Of a stretch of DNA of 64,000 nucleotides, positions 13,216 through 26,376 are shown piece after piece. The stretch's first letter is position 1. The number at the start of each line of letters is the position of its first letter. The notes under the pieces were generated by a model. It was not told where the DNA came from. It saw only the letters and a program-made list of their open reading frames with translations, and did no database searches. The stretch lies in contig OX597817.1 in NCBI GenBank assembly GCA_951406725.2, forward strand, positions 27,156,001-27,220,000, in the 5' to 3' direction. This stretch comes from Octopus vulgaris. Taxonomy: Eukaryota. The translations under genes were made by a program, and so were the position numbers.

Positions 13216-14109
13216 AATCCAAACAGGACAACCACACACATACAAAATGTTGTGTATACAACATATACACATGCACATGCACATACATCCATTCACATTA
13301 TGCACACTTGAGAACCTACAATTCAAACAACACATGCTCTTCAATGATTTAAACAAACAAAATTGTTTTATATACATCCGTGTAAGTACATTCATATAAA
13401 ATAAGATAAATTTTAGCTTTAATCACTTGACTGTGACATACACACAACAAGCATACAAAGCCAAATGCTCACACATCTGTATTCACTTACATATATATAA
13501 GGAAACAAACCCAAAGAATCATATTTCTAGCAATAAATAGAAATCATTTGTTTTTTGGCAACTGACCAAAACATTTAGTTTAGTTACACTGACCAAAATA
13601 AAATTCCATATATTTTAGCCATAATAAATCAACCGTGACATGCTTACACATTAATAAACATAAGCAAGTGAAAGCCAAATATTTACACATACATAAATAT
13701 ACCCTAATAAATTATAATCTTAAAAAAAGTGCGTTCCCATTGAAATAAATATAAATAATTTCTAAGGGCCACACCAAAATCACTCAGCTATGAAACATAA
13801 TTTACAATAAATGTGTCCTTAATTAGTTTCAAATTCAAACATCTTTAAAGAGCATCGAATATTTACCGAAGCAATAACAGTTACAATACTATAAAAAAAA
13901 TAACATAGTATAAAACATAAAACATACCAAAACAAAAATAGCAAAAGAAATACTTTAATTAAATTAACAAATAATCCTAGAATGACTAAGATGAGAATTC
14001 AGTTTCAACAAACCATATACTCTGTTACTCTACAAGTATTGAGTAAATCGCTTTCATTTGTTTGACTTTATTAAACATTCATGTGTGCATGTGTGTGTGT
14101 GTGCGTGCA

Positions 14110-14140
<31 letters not shown>

Positions 14141-14492
14141 TACTTTTACATTCATGTAAAATCAGGATTAATTTTTTTTGCATTATTCCGAATAAGTCCA
14201 AAATTCCATTTTTTCCAGAATTCACTGATTCAGTATTAATTTTCTAGAGAGAGTGATTGTATCTCCTCTTTTAGATTTTGTCATTTCATGTTGTTTTGAA
14301 AGCCAAAATATTAAAAAAAAAAGATTCCAAAAAGCAAATTAATTCAAGGATCACCACTGTCAACAATACATTTTCCTTGCAAGCCAAAATATCAGACCTT
14401 ACACACTCAAAAAGAAATCTTTACCAGTCATCAGACACAATCGTACTAGCCACTGATGACAATAATGAAAGCGATGACACAATCTTATGGGT

Positions 14493-14705
14493 CTCTTTTA
14501 CTCTTTTACTCTTTTACTTGTTTCAGTCATTTGACTGCGGCCATGCTGGAGCACCGCCTTTAGTCGAGCAAATCAACCCCGGGACTTATTCTTTGTAAGC
14601 CCAGTACTTATTTTATCGGTCTCTTTTGCCGAACTGCTAAGTGACTGGGACATAAACATACCAGCATCGGTTGTCAAGCAATGCTAGGGGGACAAACACA
14701 GACAT

Positions 14706-14762
<57 letters not shown>

Positions 14763-14926
14763 CGACAGGCTTCTTTCAGTTTCCGTCTACCAAATCCACT
14801 CACAAGGTATTGGTCAGCCCGAGGCTATAGCAGAAGACACTTGTCCAAGATGCCACGCAGTGGGACTGAACCCGGAACCATGTGGTTGGTAAGCAAGCTA
14901 CTTACCACACAGCCACTCCTGCGCCT
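14493..14926 (-). mobile_element. SINE family A, full length
   Basis: Reverse complement of family A. Confidence 0.92.
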
Positions 14927-15235
14927 ATAAGTCTCTGACTTATTTCTTAAAATAAATACTTATACAAATTAAAAGTATAAAATGAGAATTGTTTGAAATA
15001 AAAGAAACTTTTAGCTTAGTTGTGATTCTGGACTGGCACATGTATCACTGGTATGCTACTGAAGACTATTTCTTTATAAGTCACTTGTGTGGCATTCCTG
15101 GCAATTGTTATATTGCTCTTTCACTGTGCCACTTGGGAGATGTCTTTTGTTTCACCAGATTAGCACATCATAAATGAATGTGCTAACATGTTAACAACAT
15201 ATATTTGTGTTAAAGGATAAAGATTTTATCAATAC

Positions 15236-15272
15236 AATTAATTAATTAATTAATTAATTAATTAATTAATTA
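15236..15272. repeat. (TAAT)n microsatellite
   Basis: Directly visible. Confidence 0.9.
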
Positions 15273-15879
15273 GTGACTTACAGTGATTGAACATTAATTG
15301 CACATGTCTCTCACTGTTTCCTCTATTGGTTGATAGAAAAATATAAAAGGAGTCAGATTTTCTGACTGGAAATTTACTCAAAATATAGAAATGCAAATTC
15401 TTGAGATAAAGTAAAGTATTTGTTCAGATTTACTGATGAAAATCAATTATAAAGCTAACTGGATAACTAACAGAATTTCAGTTTGTACTTCACAGCTTCT
15501 TATTCAAATCTAATAAAGTTTTATATCCACTGTTTAATCTTTCCAATGTTATTTTAAGATACTTGAAGGAATCTACTGAGAATAATTTATGTAAACCAAG
15601 ACATGATGGAATAAATTGAATATTGCAATTCTAACTTCTGATTAATCAAGAGACAGAGTGTTGAATTGACAGGATCATTAGAGTGTTAGGAAAATATTTT
15701 TGTAGTTTCTGTTCTAGCTCTCTTGATTTTGAGTTCAAATCCTTCCAAGTCAACTTTGCCTTTCATTCAATGGGATCGATGGTACCTACGTGCCTAAATT
15801 AGAAACCATTATGAGAAGACAGTCTTGGTATTGAATTAAATGCTGAGACATAAAAAGAAATGTAAAGTTACCTTCTCAA

Positions 15880-16110
15880 ATCATAGTGACTCATAAGGGA
15901 TGGTTTTCCCGTTTCATAACAAATGTATTCCCCACCTAGAAGAGATGCTGGTTCCTCACAGGAGCACTCATTTTTTTCCCCAGTTAAGTGGACTGGAGTA
16001 ATATGAAAGGAAATGTTTTGAACAAGAACATAATGCATCACCTGGTTCAGGAATCGAAACAACACTCTTATGATCATAGGTCCAACACCCTAACCACTAA
16101 ACCATGTGCT
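15880..16110 (-). mobile_element. Old tRNA-head SINE (family C relative)
   Basis: Minus strand catggtttagtggttagggtgttggacc...gtttcgattcctg...tgttcttg...ctccagtccac. Confidence 0.6.
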
Positions 16111-16489
16111 ACTATTGAGACAGTAATGCAGCATCTGCCATTCCTTGTAATGACCACCATCCTTAAAAATATCAATAATTTACTCAAGTTTCTGTATCCT
16201 CTTAGTAATCCAATTGCATCGTCTGTGCTGTCTCCCATTCATTAAAATTTACATTAATTACACAGCATCATGTTCTTGGTAGAATTGTTAAAGCATCAAA
16301 AGAAAAAATTTTGAGGTATTTATCTGATTCCATATTTTGAGTTCAAAACCTACTGAAGTGTGAACAAGATGACGTACTAGTGAAGAACAAAATGAAGTAA
16401 CTTATACCCCACCCTCAGAATTGCTGGCTTTGTACCTAAATCGGGAAGTGCTGTCACACCAACTGTACACTCCTGATTTGATACCAAAT

Positions 16490-16712
16490 GCTATGCAGGG
16501 AGTTTCATTAAAAACTGATGCAGAATTGAGAGCTTGGTTGGATCAATTTTCCAAGTTGAAATCGGATGATTTCTACCAATGAGGTATAGAAAATCTTGTT
16601 GAACATTGAGAAGAAGTTGTAAACAACAAGGGTGAATACATTATTGATTAATTAGTTGTTGTTTTTTTTTAATTTTTAAAAAACCACGGGTACTTAGTTG
16701 CCAACCTAATAT
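16490..16712 (+). mobile_element. Mariner 3' end remnant with terminal inverted repeat
   Basis: Translates NAMQGVSLKTDAELRAWLDQFSKLKSDDFYQ*GIENLVEH*EEVVNNKGEYIID*, then a mariner-like end cttagttgccaacctaata. Confidence 0.8.
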
Positions 16713-16719
16713 ATCACTT

Positions 16720-16995
16720 CAGTGCTTTGGTACCCCATGCAAGATTTTCCTGGTGGCACGTAAAAAGCATCATCCGTCTGAGGCCGTTTGCCAGCTCCGT
16801 CTGGCCCCTGTGCGGGTGGCACGTAAAAAGCACCCACTACACTCACGGAGTGGTTGGTGTTAGGAAGGGCATCCAGCCGTAGAAACACTGCCAGATCAGA
16901 CTGCACCTGATGCAGCCTTCTGGCTTCACAGACCCCAGTTGAACCGTCCAACCCATGCTAGCATGGAAAGCGGACGCTAAATGATGATGATGATG
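16720..16995 (+). mobile_element. Family E element
   Basis: gtggcacgtaaaaagca modules, conserved 3' block, (GAT)n tail. Confidence 0.85.
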
Positions 16996-17169
16996 TTAAA
17001 GTCATGAACACTTTTGTAATAATTTCAAAACCTAACAAAAAAAAGATAAAGCTCAAAAAGAAAAGTGGCTTGGCAAAGAAACCTTACTTTACACCTGCAT
17101 AGATATAAAATGATCAGTAAAATTACTGCTCCTTCTTTCACTGTTTCTTATGTGTAGCTGTCAACAAGA

Positions 17170-17572
17170 CAGGCACACAAATGGCTGTTTGGTAAGAAGC
17201 TTGCTTCACAACCATATGGTTCAGGTTTCACTCCCACTGCATGGCACCTTGGGTAAGTCTCTTCCACTACAGCCTCAGGCCAAACAAACCTTTGTGAGTG
17301 GATTTGAGAGACTGAAACTGAAAGAAGCCCATTCTATATATGTATGTGTGTGTGTGTGTGTGTATGGTATATGTGTGTCTTTGTGTCTGTGTATGCCCCC
17401 CCCCCCACCACTGCTTGACAACTGGTGTTGGTGTGTTTATGTCAATGTGACTTAGCAGTTCAGCAAAAAAGTCAGATACAATAAGTGTCAGTCTTTCAAA
17501 TATAAGTACTAAGATCGATACATTTAACAAAAAATTCTTCCAGCTGTCTAATGACTGAAACAAGTAAAAGTA
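17170..17572 (+). mobile_element. SINE family A, older variant
   Basis: Diverged head, core and tail. Confidence 0.8.
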
Positions 17573-17929
17573 AAATTTTAAAGCAAACCTAGAGTATTCT
17601 GGATCTGGTTAAAAGTACAATATTGAGGTCACTTACAAATGTTTGCATAAATTTCCTTTTTGATTATCAGTGTATTTTTCTGGCTTCAAATACAAACATT
17701 TTCATGTTTCACACAAAAAGCAAACAATGTTAAAATGAACATGCAAACAATGATAGTTTTCAAAAGAATAGTCACGAAGAGTGACTGTGTGGTAAGTAGC
17801 TTGCTTAAGAACCACATGGTTCCGGGTTTAGTCCCACTGCTTGGCACCTTGGGCAAGTGTCTTCTACTATAGCCTCGGGCTGACCAAAGCCTTGTGAGTG
17901 GATATGGTAGATGGAAACGGAAAGAAGCC

Positions 17930-17971
<42 letters not shown>

Positions 17972-18098
17972 TTATACTCATTATCTTTTTTTAATAATTT
18001 TGTTATATATTTAAAATAATATAAATTAATTAATCTTATGTATTGGCTTAAGTTTTTCATTGTATGATTTGCCTAATAGTGGTTTTATCTCTAATTTA

Positions 18099-18135
<37 letters not shown>

Positions 18136-18137
<2 letters not shown>

Positions 18138-18482
18138 ATAATAATAAAGGGTAAATTTAATTAATCAATTAATAATTAATAATTTTACCAAGTAGTTCGG
18201 TATGTTAAAAAACCATTATCGGTAGATTTATACAAAAATTCTATAATGATGAGTATAATTATAATTAGGGTTCAACAAAAATTTGTTTCACCACATACCA
18301 AAAGTTAGAAATAGCACTTAAACAAACTATTTCTCTACCATAAGAGTTGTTAAGTATTGCTGTCTGGGAGATTTTCTTATGGTAGAGAAATAGTAGTATA
18401 ACTGCTATTTCTAAATTTTGTTATGTGGTGAAGCAAATTTTTGCTGAACCCTAATTATAATTATACTTATAATTATAGAATA
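18136..18482. mobile_element. AT-rich fold-back element, probably Penelope-like (family P)
   Basis: 18238-18346 and 18376-18480 are inverted copies; the same sequence recurs at 36548-36625 and 36858-36965; bounded by (TA)n. Confidence 0.6.
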
Positions 18483-18491
18483 TATATATAT

Positions 18492-18898
18492 ACTCTTTTA
18501 CTTGTTTCAGTCATTTGACTGTGGCCATGCTGGAGCACTGCCTTTAGTCAAGCAAATTGACCCCAGGACTTATTCTTTGTAAGCCTAGTACTTATTCTAT
18601 CGGTCTCTTTTGCCAAACCTCTAAGTTATGGGTATGTAAACACACCAGCATTGGTTGTCAAGCGATGTTGGGGTACAAACACAGACACACAAACATATAC
18701 ACACAGACATACATACATATACATATATACATATATACGATGGGCTTCTTTCAGTTTCCGTCTACCAAATCCACTCACAAGGCTTTGGTCAGCCCGAGGC
18801 TATAGTAGAAGACACTTGCCCAAGGTGCCAAGCAGTGGGACTGAACCCAGAACCATGTGGTTGGTAAGCAAGCTACTTACCACACAGTCACTCCTCGT
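18492..18898 (-). mobile_element. SINE family A
   Basis: Reverse complement of family A. Confidence 0.9.
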
Positions 18899-19172
18899 GA
18901 CTATTCTTTTGAAAACTATCATTGTTTGCATGTTCATTTTAATATTATTGTTTGCTTTTTGTGTGAAACACAAGAGTGTTTGTATTTGAAGCCAGAAAAA
19001 TACACTGATAATGAAAAGTAAATTTATGCAAACATTTGTCAGTGACCTCAATATTGTACTTTTAACCAGATCCAGAATAGTCTAGGTTTGTATATGTATA
19101 TGTATATGTATGTGTGTGTGTGTGTGTGTGTTTGTGTGTGTGTTTGTGCCCCAACATCACTTGACAACTGAC

Positions 19173-19550
19173 CTGCTTACCAACCACATGGTTCTGGGTT
19201 CAGTCCCACTGTGTGGCACCTTGGGCAACTGTCTTCTACTATAGCCTCGGGCTGACCAAAGCCTTGTGAGTGGATTTGGTAGACGGAAACTGAAAGAAGC
19301 CCATCGTATATATGTATATATGTATATGTATGTCTGTGTGTATACGTTTGTGTGTCTGTGTTTGTACCCCCAACATCACTTGACAACTGATGCTGGTGTG
19401 TTTACATCCCCTTAACTTAGTGGTTTGGCAAAAGAGGCCGATAGAATAAGCACTAAGCTAACAAAGAATAAGTCCTCGGGTCGATTTGTTTGACTAAAGG
19501 CGGTGCTCCAGCATGGCCACAGTCAGATGACTGAAACAATTAAAAGAATA
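19173..19550 (+). mobile_element. SINE family A, slightly 5'-truncated, preceded by a mid-body fragment
   Basis: Family A sequence. Confidence 0.88.
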
Positions 19551-19761
19551 TCAAACTTCTATGAATGTTGTTCATTTCTAAATTGCTTGTGTTTTAGTTT
19601 TTTAAATAATTTATACTGAGATATCCTAATTTGTATCATAATGCTAGGATAGTCTTAATTTGTTGGAATTAGGCTCTGAATTACATATATGAAGCCTCAG
19701 ACATCTGTATTCTCAGGATTTAAAATGGCAAAGGGTGATTTCAAAAATTTGATACACCTAC

Positions 19762-20198
19762 AGGCACAGGAGTGGCTGCGTGGTAAGTAGCTTGCCTACC
19801 AACCACATGGTTCCAGGTTCCTTCCCACTGCATGGCACTTTGGTCAAGTGTCTTCTACTTACTATATCCTCGGCCCGACCAAAGCCTTGTGAGTGGATTT
19901 GGTAGACAGAAACTGAAAGAAGCCCATCGTATATATGTATATGTGTGTGTGTGTTTATGTGTCTGTGTTTGTGTGTCTTTATTTGTGTGTCTGTGCTTGT
20001 GTGTGTGTGTTTGTCCCCCCCAACATCGCTTGACAATTGATGCTGGTGTGTTTGCGTCCCCGTAACTTAGCAGTTCGGCAAAAGAGACTGATTGAATAAG
20101 TACTGGGCTTACAAAGAATAAGTCGTGGGGTCGATTTGCCCAACTAAAGGTGGTGCTCCAGCATGGCAGCAGTCAAATAACTGAAACAAGTAAAAAGA
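19762..20198 (+). mobile_element. SINE family A, full length
   Basis: Family A sequence. Confidence 0.92.
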
Positions 20199-20439
20199 CT
20201 ATGTATATAAGTATATTTGGCTTCACTTACGTTCATGAATATATATTCTTTGGTGATAAGCTGTAGAATTTTTTTGCAGTTAACTGAATTGAAAGACACA
20301 AAATTAACGAAAAACAAATAACGATAAATGAATTAGTTTCAAAGCAACACTTCTATGATAGGTGTAGCTGTAGATGTGAAAAATGAAAGAAAAATGAATA
20401 TGCGAATATATGAATGCAACAATAATGATATGAATGATG

Positions 20440-20706
20440 AATGATGAATGATGCGGATGATGATGATGATAAAGATGACATTGGCAATGATGTCGATGAT
20501 GATTGTGATGATGGAGTTGGTAGTTGTCGTGATGATGACGACAATGATGACGGCAACAACGATTACGACGACGACAACGATGAGGATGATGATGACGACG
20601 GCGTTGCTGCTGCTGATGGTGGTGATGATGATGATGATGATGATGATGACGACGACGATGATGATGATGATGATGATGGTGATGATGATAATGATGGTGG
20701 TGATGG

Positions 20707-20766
<60 letters not shown>

Positions 20767-20886
20767 CGATTGTGATGATGGTGGTGATGGTGATGATGAT
20801 GATGATGATGACAATGATGGTGATGATGATGGTGATGATGGTGATGATGGTGGTGATGGTGATGATGGTGATGATGGTGGTGATGG

Positions 20887-20928
<42 letters not shown>

Positions 20929-20953
20929 CGACGATGATGATGATGATGATGAC
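20440..20953. repeat. (GAT)n/(GGT)/(GAC) compound microsatellite
   Basis: Directly visible; source of the poly-D/M/I ORFs. Confidence 0.96.
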
Positions 20954-21674
20954 AGAATGCTGAAAGCTGGTTATGGTTTTCTTTTTTATCTTGATTTTTC
21001 CGTACATTAATTTTGTTTTACATCTACATCTTACATATAATAATATACTGGAAGAAAACTGCAATCCATTTCTTTTTGTTCTTGCTTCAACCATTCTCTT
21101 CTAACTGATTTCTGGATTGTGTGTTTTTCTGCTATTTCTGCTTAGTTGAAGTGTCAAATGTATAAAACACTCCATTTATTTTAGATCAAATTTTGAAACA
21201 TAAAGGGTTATTTCATTCCAAGAATTATGTAAACGAAGAAATATGGAAACTACTTAATATGGTACCCAACATTATTTTGTGCTTCACTATTCAAGACTTT
21301 GATCTAAGCATGTCAAATGCTAACAAGTTTGTTGTCTCACTGCCACAAGATTGGATCATACATGAAAACAATCTTAATCTTATTCCAAACTTTCTTTTAT
21401 TTATCTTCTTGTACCTTGAGGGTATGATAAGGTACCTCTTTCCAATCACTACTATCTCTCTGCTCATCCATTCCTTTCCACCTATATGTAATCCATGAAT
21501 CTTCTCCACAACAACAAACTCGTTACTGTTCCTAATGTCACACTTTCATTTCTCAATACCTTGCATAAATTCACCTCCCTTTCTACTGTTCTCCCTATCA
21601 ATTGAAAGGACTCTATAGTCCTGTAAATTATACATTTATGAATACAAATGCACATATGTATATATACATATATG

Positions 21675-22168
21675 ATCATTGACAGAGCGGCTAACTGGCT
21701 TCCATGCCAGTGGCACTTAAAGGGCAGCATTCGAGCGTGATCATTACCAACATCGCCTTACTGGCACTTGTGCCCGTGCTACTAGGGTGCCAAGAGCACC
21801 ATGCGACAGTGATCATTGCCAGAGCATCCAACTGGTTTCCATGCCAGTGGCACGTAAAAGAGCACCATTCGAGCATGATCATTACCAACGTCGCCTTACT
21901 GGCACCTGTGCTGGTGGCATGTGTAAAAGGATTCGAGCGAGGTTATTGCCAGTACTGCCTGACTGGCCTCCATGCCGGTGGCATGTAAAAGCACCCACTA
22001 CACTCTTGGAGTGGTTGGCGTTAGGAAGGGCATCCAGCTGTAGAAACTCTGCCAAATCAAGATTGGAGCCTGGTGCAGCCATCTGGTTCACCAGCCCACA
22101 GTCAAAATCGTCCAACCCATGCTAGCAGGGAAAGTGGACGTTAAACAATGATGATGATGATGATGATG
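21675..22168 (+). mobile_element. Family E element with several internal modules
   Basis: Repeated catgccagtggcac...aaaagagcacc units, conserved 3' block, (GAT)n tail. Confidence 0.87.
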
Positions 22169-22775
22169 CACACATAGACACACATTCACATATATTAAAA
22201 CATACATCAATAAAAACTATTAATTAAGCATTTTGAAACCAGTATTATTTGCATATAAGATACTTAGCTGCATGTACTCAAGGCATTAACAGTTCAGTTC
22301 TTTTGTTGAGACTATTACTGCCATGGGTCAAAATTCTCAGTTTTCACTCAATCAAAGCATCTCTGATTTGAAGCTCCCTCTTGCATATGGTTGCACACTA
22401 TCTACAATAGACCAGTTAATTTTGAATCTATGAAGCTTGTCTCATGCAAAAACGACATAAACTTTACAATAAGCCATAGCACATTTTCCATCAGGGTTGA
22501 CAAATGAATGTTTGTGCTTGAAATAAAGAATTTTGAATGTGAGTTCCACTGCCTCAATTTATGTTTTAAGTTCATTACTGCTGTTTGATTCAATTCTAGC
22601 ATTGTATACAACCGAATTTGCCAGACTGTTACTCTCTAGTGGATAGTTCTTATGAATTCTACATTTGCATGATCTTTATGGAGCTGTTTGGATCTTTCTT
22701 CTATTCAGCTTTGATATAACATCCGAAATTCTTGCTAGCTGAATAACTAACTTCAACACAGTTCCTATACAATAT

Positions 22776-23172
22776 AGATGCAGGAGTGGCTGTGTGGTAA
22801 GTAGCTTGTTTGCCGGCCACATGGTTCCGGGATTTGTCCCACTGCATGCAACTTGGGCAAGTGTCTTCTACTATAGCCTCAGGCCGACCAAAGCCTTGTG
22901 AGTGGATTTGGTAGACGGAAACTGAAAGAAGCCCGTCGTATATATGTATATGTATATATATGTGTGTGTGTGTTTGTGTGTCTCTGTCCCCCAATATCGC
23001 TTGGCAACCGATGCTGGTGTGTTTATGTCCCCGTAACTTAGCGGTTCGGCAAAAGAGACTGATAGAATAAGTACTAGGCTTACAAAGAATAAGTCTTGGA
23101 GTAGATTTGCTCGACTAAAGGCGGTGCTCCAGTATGGCCACAGTCAAATGACTGAAACAAGTAAAAGAGAGA
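22776..23172 (+). mobile_element. SINE family A
   Basis: Family A sequence. Confidence 0.92.
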
Positions 23173-23689
23173 GAGTAATATTTTTCTATACTAGTAACCT
23201 GGTGGGAAATAGTTGTCTATTAAATAAAGATGCTGATACATGTGTTGAAGTGTAGAATAGATCAGTGTCAAATTAGTGCTAGGGTTCATGAGGTTCCTTA
23301 AATCCAACTTCCTAATCAGAGAAAAATAGCTCAACAGAACAAGAGTTGGCTATATGAAACACATAGCCCCAGTGAGCATTAATGAAACAAAAGATGAACA
23401 AACAGATACAGATGGCTGCAAAACATTTATATAAAATTTATATACAAATATCCATATCACAAAATCAAGACTTTCACAACTGATTCAAATATTTGATGCC
23501 ATAATGGATATTATGCAACCAGGCATATATTATTATGTAATAATTATACATGGCAAATACTATCTTTCTGACAAAAATATCCAGCGTTTCCAGCTTGAAG
23601 ATTTTAATGTATCTATTTTCATAGTAGGTAATCATTTGTTGGCTTATTTCCTGTAAATAATTATTACCTAATTATGTATGCTTGTTGTG

Positions 23690-24076
23690 AAGGTGCATGG
23701 CTCAGTGGCTAGAGTGTCGAGCTTATGATTGTGAGGTCGTGAGTTCGAATCCTGGTTCGGGCTGCATGTTGTGTTCTTGAGCAAGACACTTTATTTCACG
23801 TTGCTCCAGTTCACTCAGCTGTAGAAATAAGTTGTAATGTCACAGGTGCCAAGCTGTATCGGCCCATGCCTTTCCCTTGGATAACACTGGTGGCAAGGAG
23901 AGGAGAGGCTGGTATGCATGGGCTACTGTTGGTTTTCCATAAACAACCTTGCCCTGATTTGTGCCTCTGAGGGTAACTTTCTAGGTGCAATCCCAGGGTC
24001 AGTGATTGCACCTAGAAGGCGGTGCTCCAGCATGGCCACAGCCACATGACTGAAACAAGTAAAAGATTAAAAGAGT
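23690..24076 (+). mobile_element. tRNA-head SINE family C ending in the family A tail
   Basis: Head aggtgcatggctcagtgg...gagttcgaatcc, core gttcttgagcaagacacttt; body matches 34855-35187; 24015-24076 is the family A tail. Confidence 0.82.
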
Positions 24077-24262
24077 ATACATATATGTTTTCTTGCCACC
24101 TATAGAAATTTCTTTTGATATATTTTCAGTACGAATGCTTTAAGTTCAAATATTTCTTTTCTCTCAGCTAAATTTTCAGCCTTTAAATATCAGATTCCAC
24201 TTCTTCCCCTGTCATGAACTTTTCTGTATTAGGTTTTGCTGACAAGCCACTTCCAGTTTCTT

Positions 24263-24672
24263 ATTTCTTTACTGCCCACAAGGGGCTACACACAGAGGGG
24301 ACAAATAAGGACAGACAAACAGATTAAGTCGATTATATCAACCCCAGTGTGTAACTGGTGCTTATTTAATCGACCCTGAAAGGATGAAAGCAAAGTCGAC
24401 CTCGGCGGAATTTGAACTCAGAACATAGTGGCAGACTAAATACCTATTTCTTTACTACCCACAAGGGGCTAAATGCAGAGAAGACACATGAGGACAGACA
24501 AGCGGATTAAGTTGATTATATCGAGCCCAGTGTGTAATTGATACTTAATTTTTTGACCCCGAAAGGATGAAAGGCAAAGTCGACCTCGGCGGAATTTGAA
24601 CTCAGAACGTAATGGCAGACGAAATACCGCTAAGCATTTGGCCTGGCGTGCTAACGTTTCTGCCAAGTCGCC
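24263..24672 (-). mobile_element. Family D SINE, head-to-tail dimer
   Basis: Two tandem bodies; gccactt(c/t)agtttct-like flanking direct repeat. Confidence 0.87.
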
Positions 24673-25341
24673 ACTTCTAGTTTCTGTTTGCCTTTCTTAT
24701 TTGTTTTTACATGTAGCAGATGTATACTTATAAATATAAGCATGTTATTTCATGAATGTCTAGCGGTTAGAGTGATGGACTCATGCTCATTGGATCATGG
24801 ATGTAATTCCTAAACTGAGCATTACATCGTGTCCAGCTGCTTATTTCCTATGGCTCAAGTCTGCTCAGCTGAAATGTGTACCAGCTGAGTGCTTGTGCAG
24901 TCCTCTCACCTCTTTGCTGTCTTATCCCAAATGTTCTGCTGAATCAAAAGTGGGAGAGCTGAGAGGATGCCTATGTTTGCTAACGACCAAATATATTGGT
25001 ACAGCAAACAAACAGTGAATGAATAATACAAAGTCTTAACTTGCTTGCCAAGGATGGCTGTGGATTTTGTACATACACATGCATGTGTTTTCTTACATTT
25101 GAAAAACAAAGATGCTTTCATGCATTCAGAGTGTTGTAGCTACTTCTAAATACCAACCTTTACAAGTGAAAGCAAACATATCACTTGAGTAATATTTTAA
25201 AAGAGAATATGCTACTAAAACAGAATGAAGGTGAACTTTTATGCATGTATGCTTTAAGTGAGAAGCTTCGTAGCAGTTGCACAACATATGGAACAATGTT
25301 GTATTCATGAGAGAGAACAGTATAAATTATTATAAATCACA

Positions 25342-25726
25342 TGTGTGGTAAGTAGCGTGTTTACCAACCACATGGTTCTGGGTTCAGTCCCACTGCGTGG
25401 CACCTTGGGCAAGTGTCTTCTACTATAGCCTCTGGCCGACCAAAGCCTTGTGAGTGGATTTGGTAGACGGAAACTGAAAGAAGCCTGTCGTATATATGTA
25501 TATATATGTATGTGTGTGTGTGTGTTGTGTGTCTGTGTTTGTCCCCCTAGCATTGCTTGACAACCGATGCTGGTGGGTTAATGTCCCCGTCACTTAGCAG
25601 TTCGGCAAAAGAGACCGATAGAATAAGTACTGGGCTTACAAAGAATAAGTGCCAGGGTTGAGTTGCTCGATTAAAGGCAGTGCTCCAGCATGGCCGCAGT
25701 CAAATGACTGAAACAAGTAAAAGAGT
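25342..25726 (+). mobile_element. SINE family A
   Basis: Family A sequence. Confidence 0.9.
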
Positions 25727-25961
25727 ATCGTGTTCTTATGAAATAAAATATTATAGAAAGGCTGTGTTCAAAGTGACACTACCATATTCTCATACAGCCA
25801 TGGAAAAAAAAGAGCATGGAACTCATAATAGGAAGGGTTGGCTAATGAGGAATATGAATGGGATAATGAGGGACCATTATAAGTGGATTAGTTATGGAGG
25901 TTTTCATCCCTTGATAAGAACTTAAGAAGGCAAAATCCAAAACTATTGATTCATCAAGGAT

Positions 25962-26376
25962 TTTACTCTTTACTCTTTTACTTGTTTCAGTCATTTGACT
26001 GTGGCCAAGCTGGAGCAACACCTTTAGTCGAGCAAATAGACCTCAGGACTTATTCTTTGGAAGCCTAGTACTTATTCTATCGGTCTCTTTTGTCGAACTG
26101 CTAAATGACGAGGACATAAACACACCAGCATCAGTTGTCAAGCAATGCTAGGGGGACAAACAGACACACAAACATACACACACATACACACATATATATA
26201 CATACATATATACGACAGGCTTCATTCAGTTTCTATCTACCAAATCCACTCACAAGGCTTTGGTTGGCCCAAGGCTATAGTAGAAGAGACTTGCCCAAGG
26301 TGCCACGCAGTGAGACTGAAGCCAGAACCAAGTGGTTGGTAAGCAAGCTACTTACCACACAGCCACTCCTGTGCCT
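25962..26376 (-). mobile_element. SINE family A
   Basis: Reverse complement of family A. Confidence 0.9.

Larger units (their letters stand above)
17584..19090. repeat. Long inverted duplication (arms about 17584-17940 and 18728-19090)
   Basis: About 190 bp of unique sequence plus a SINE head recurs as its reverse complement. Confidence 0.9.

Noticed and set aside
14420-14485. CTGATGA...GAAA motif
   Set aside because: No stem II pairing and no NUH/stem I; chance match.
18181-18240. Possible hammerhead on the minus strand of family P (CCGATAA-TGGT...ACC-GAAC)
   Set aside because: Core and stem register do not fit; too decayed to call.
20339-21094. Poly-Asp/Met/Ile ORFs resembling an acidic biomineralisation protein
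   Set aside because: (GAT)n microsatellite open in several frames on both strands; no signal peptide or splice context.
21675-22000. Repeat-spacer pattern reminiscent of a CRISPR array
   Set aside because: Eukaryotic retroelement-internal modules; spacers are irregular and partly duplicated, and there are no cas genes.
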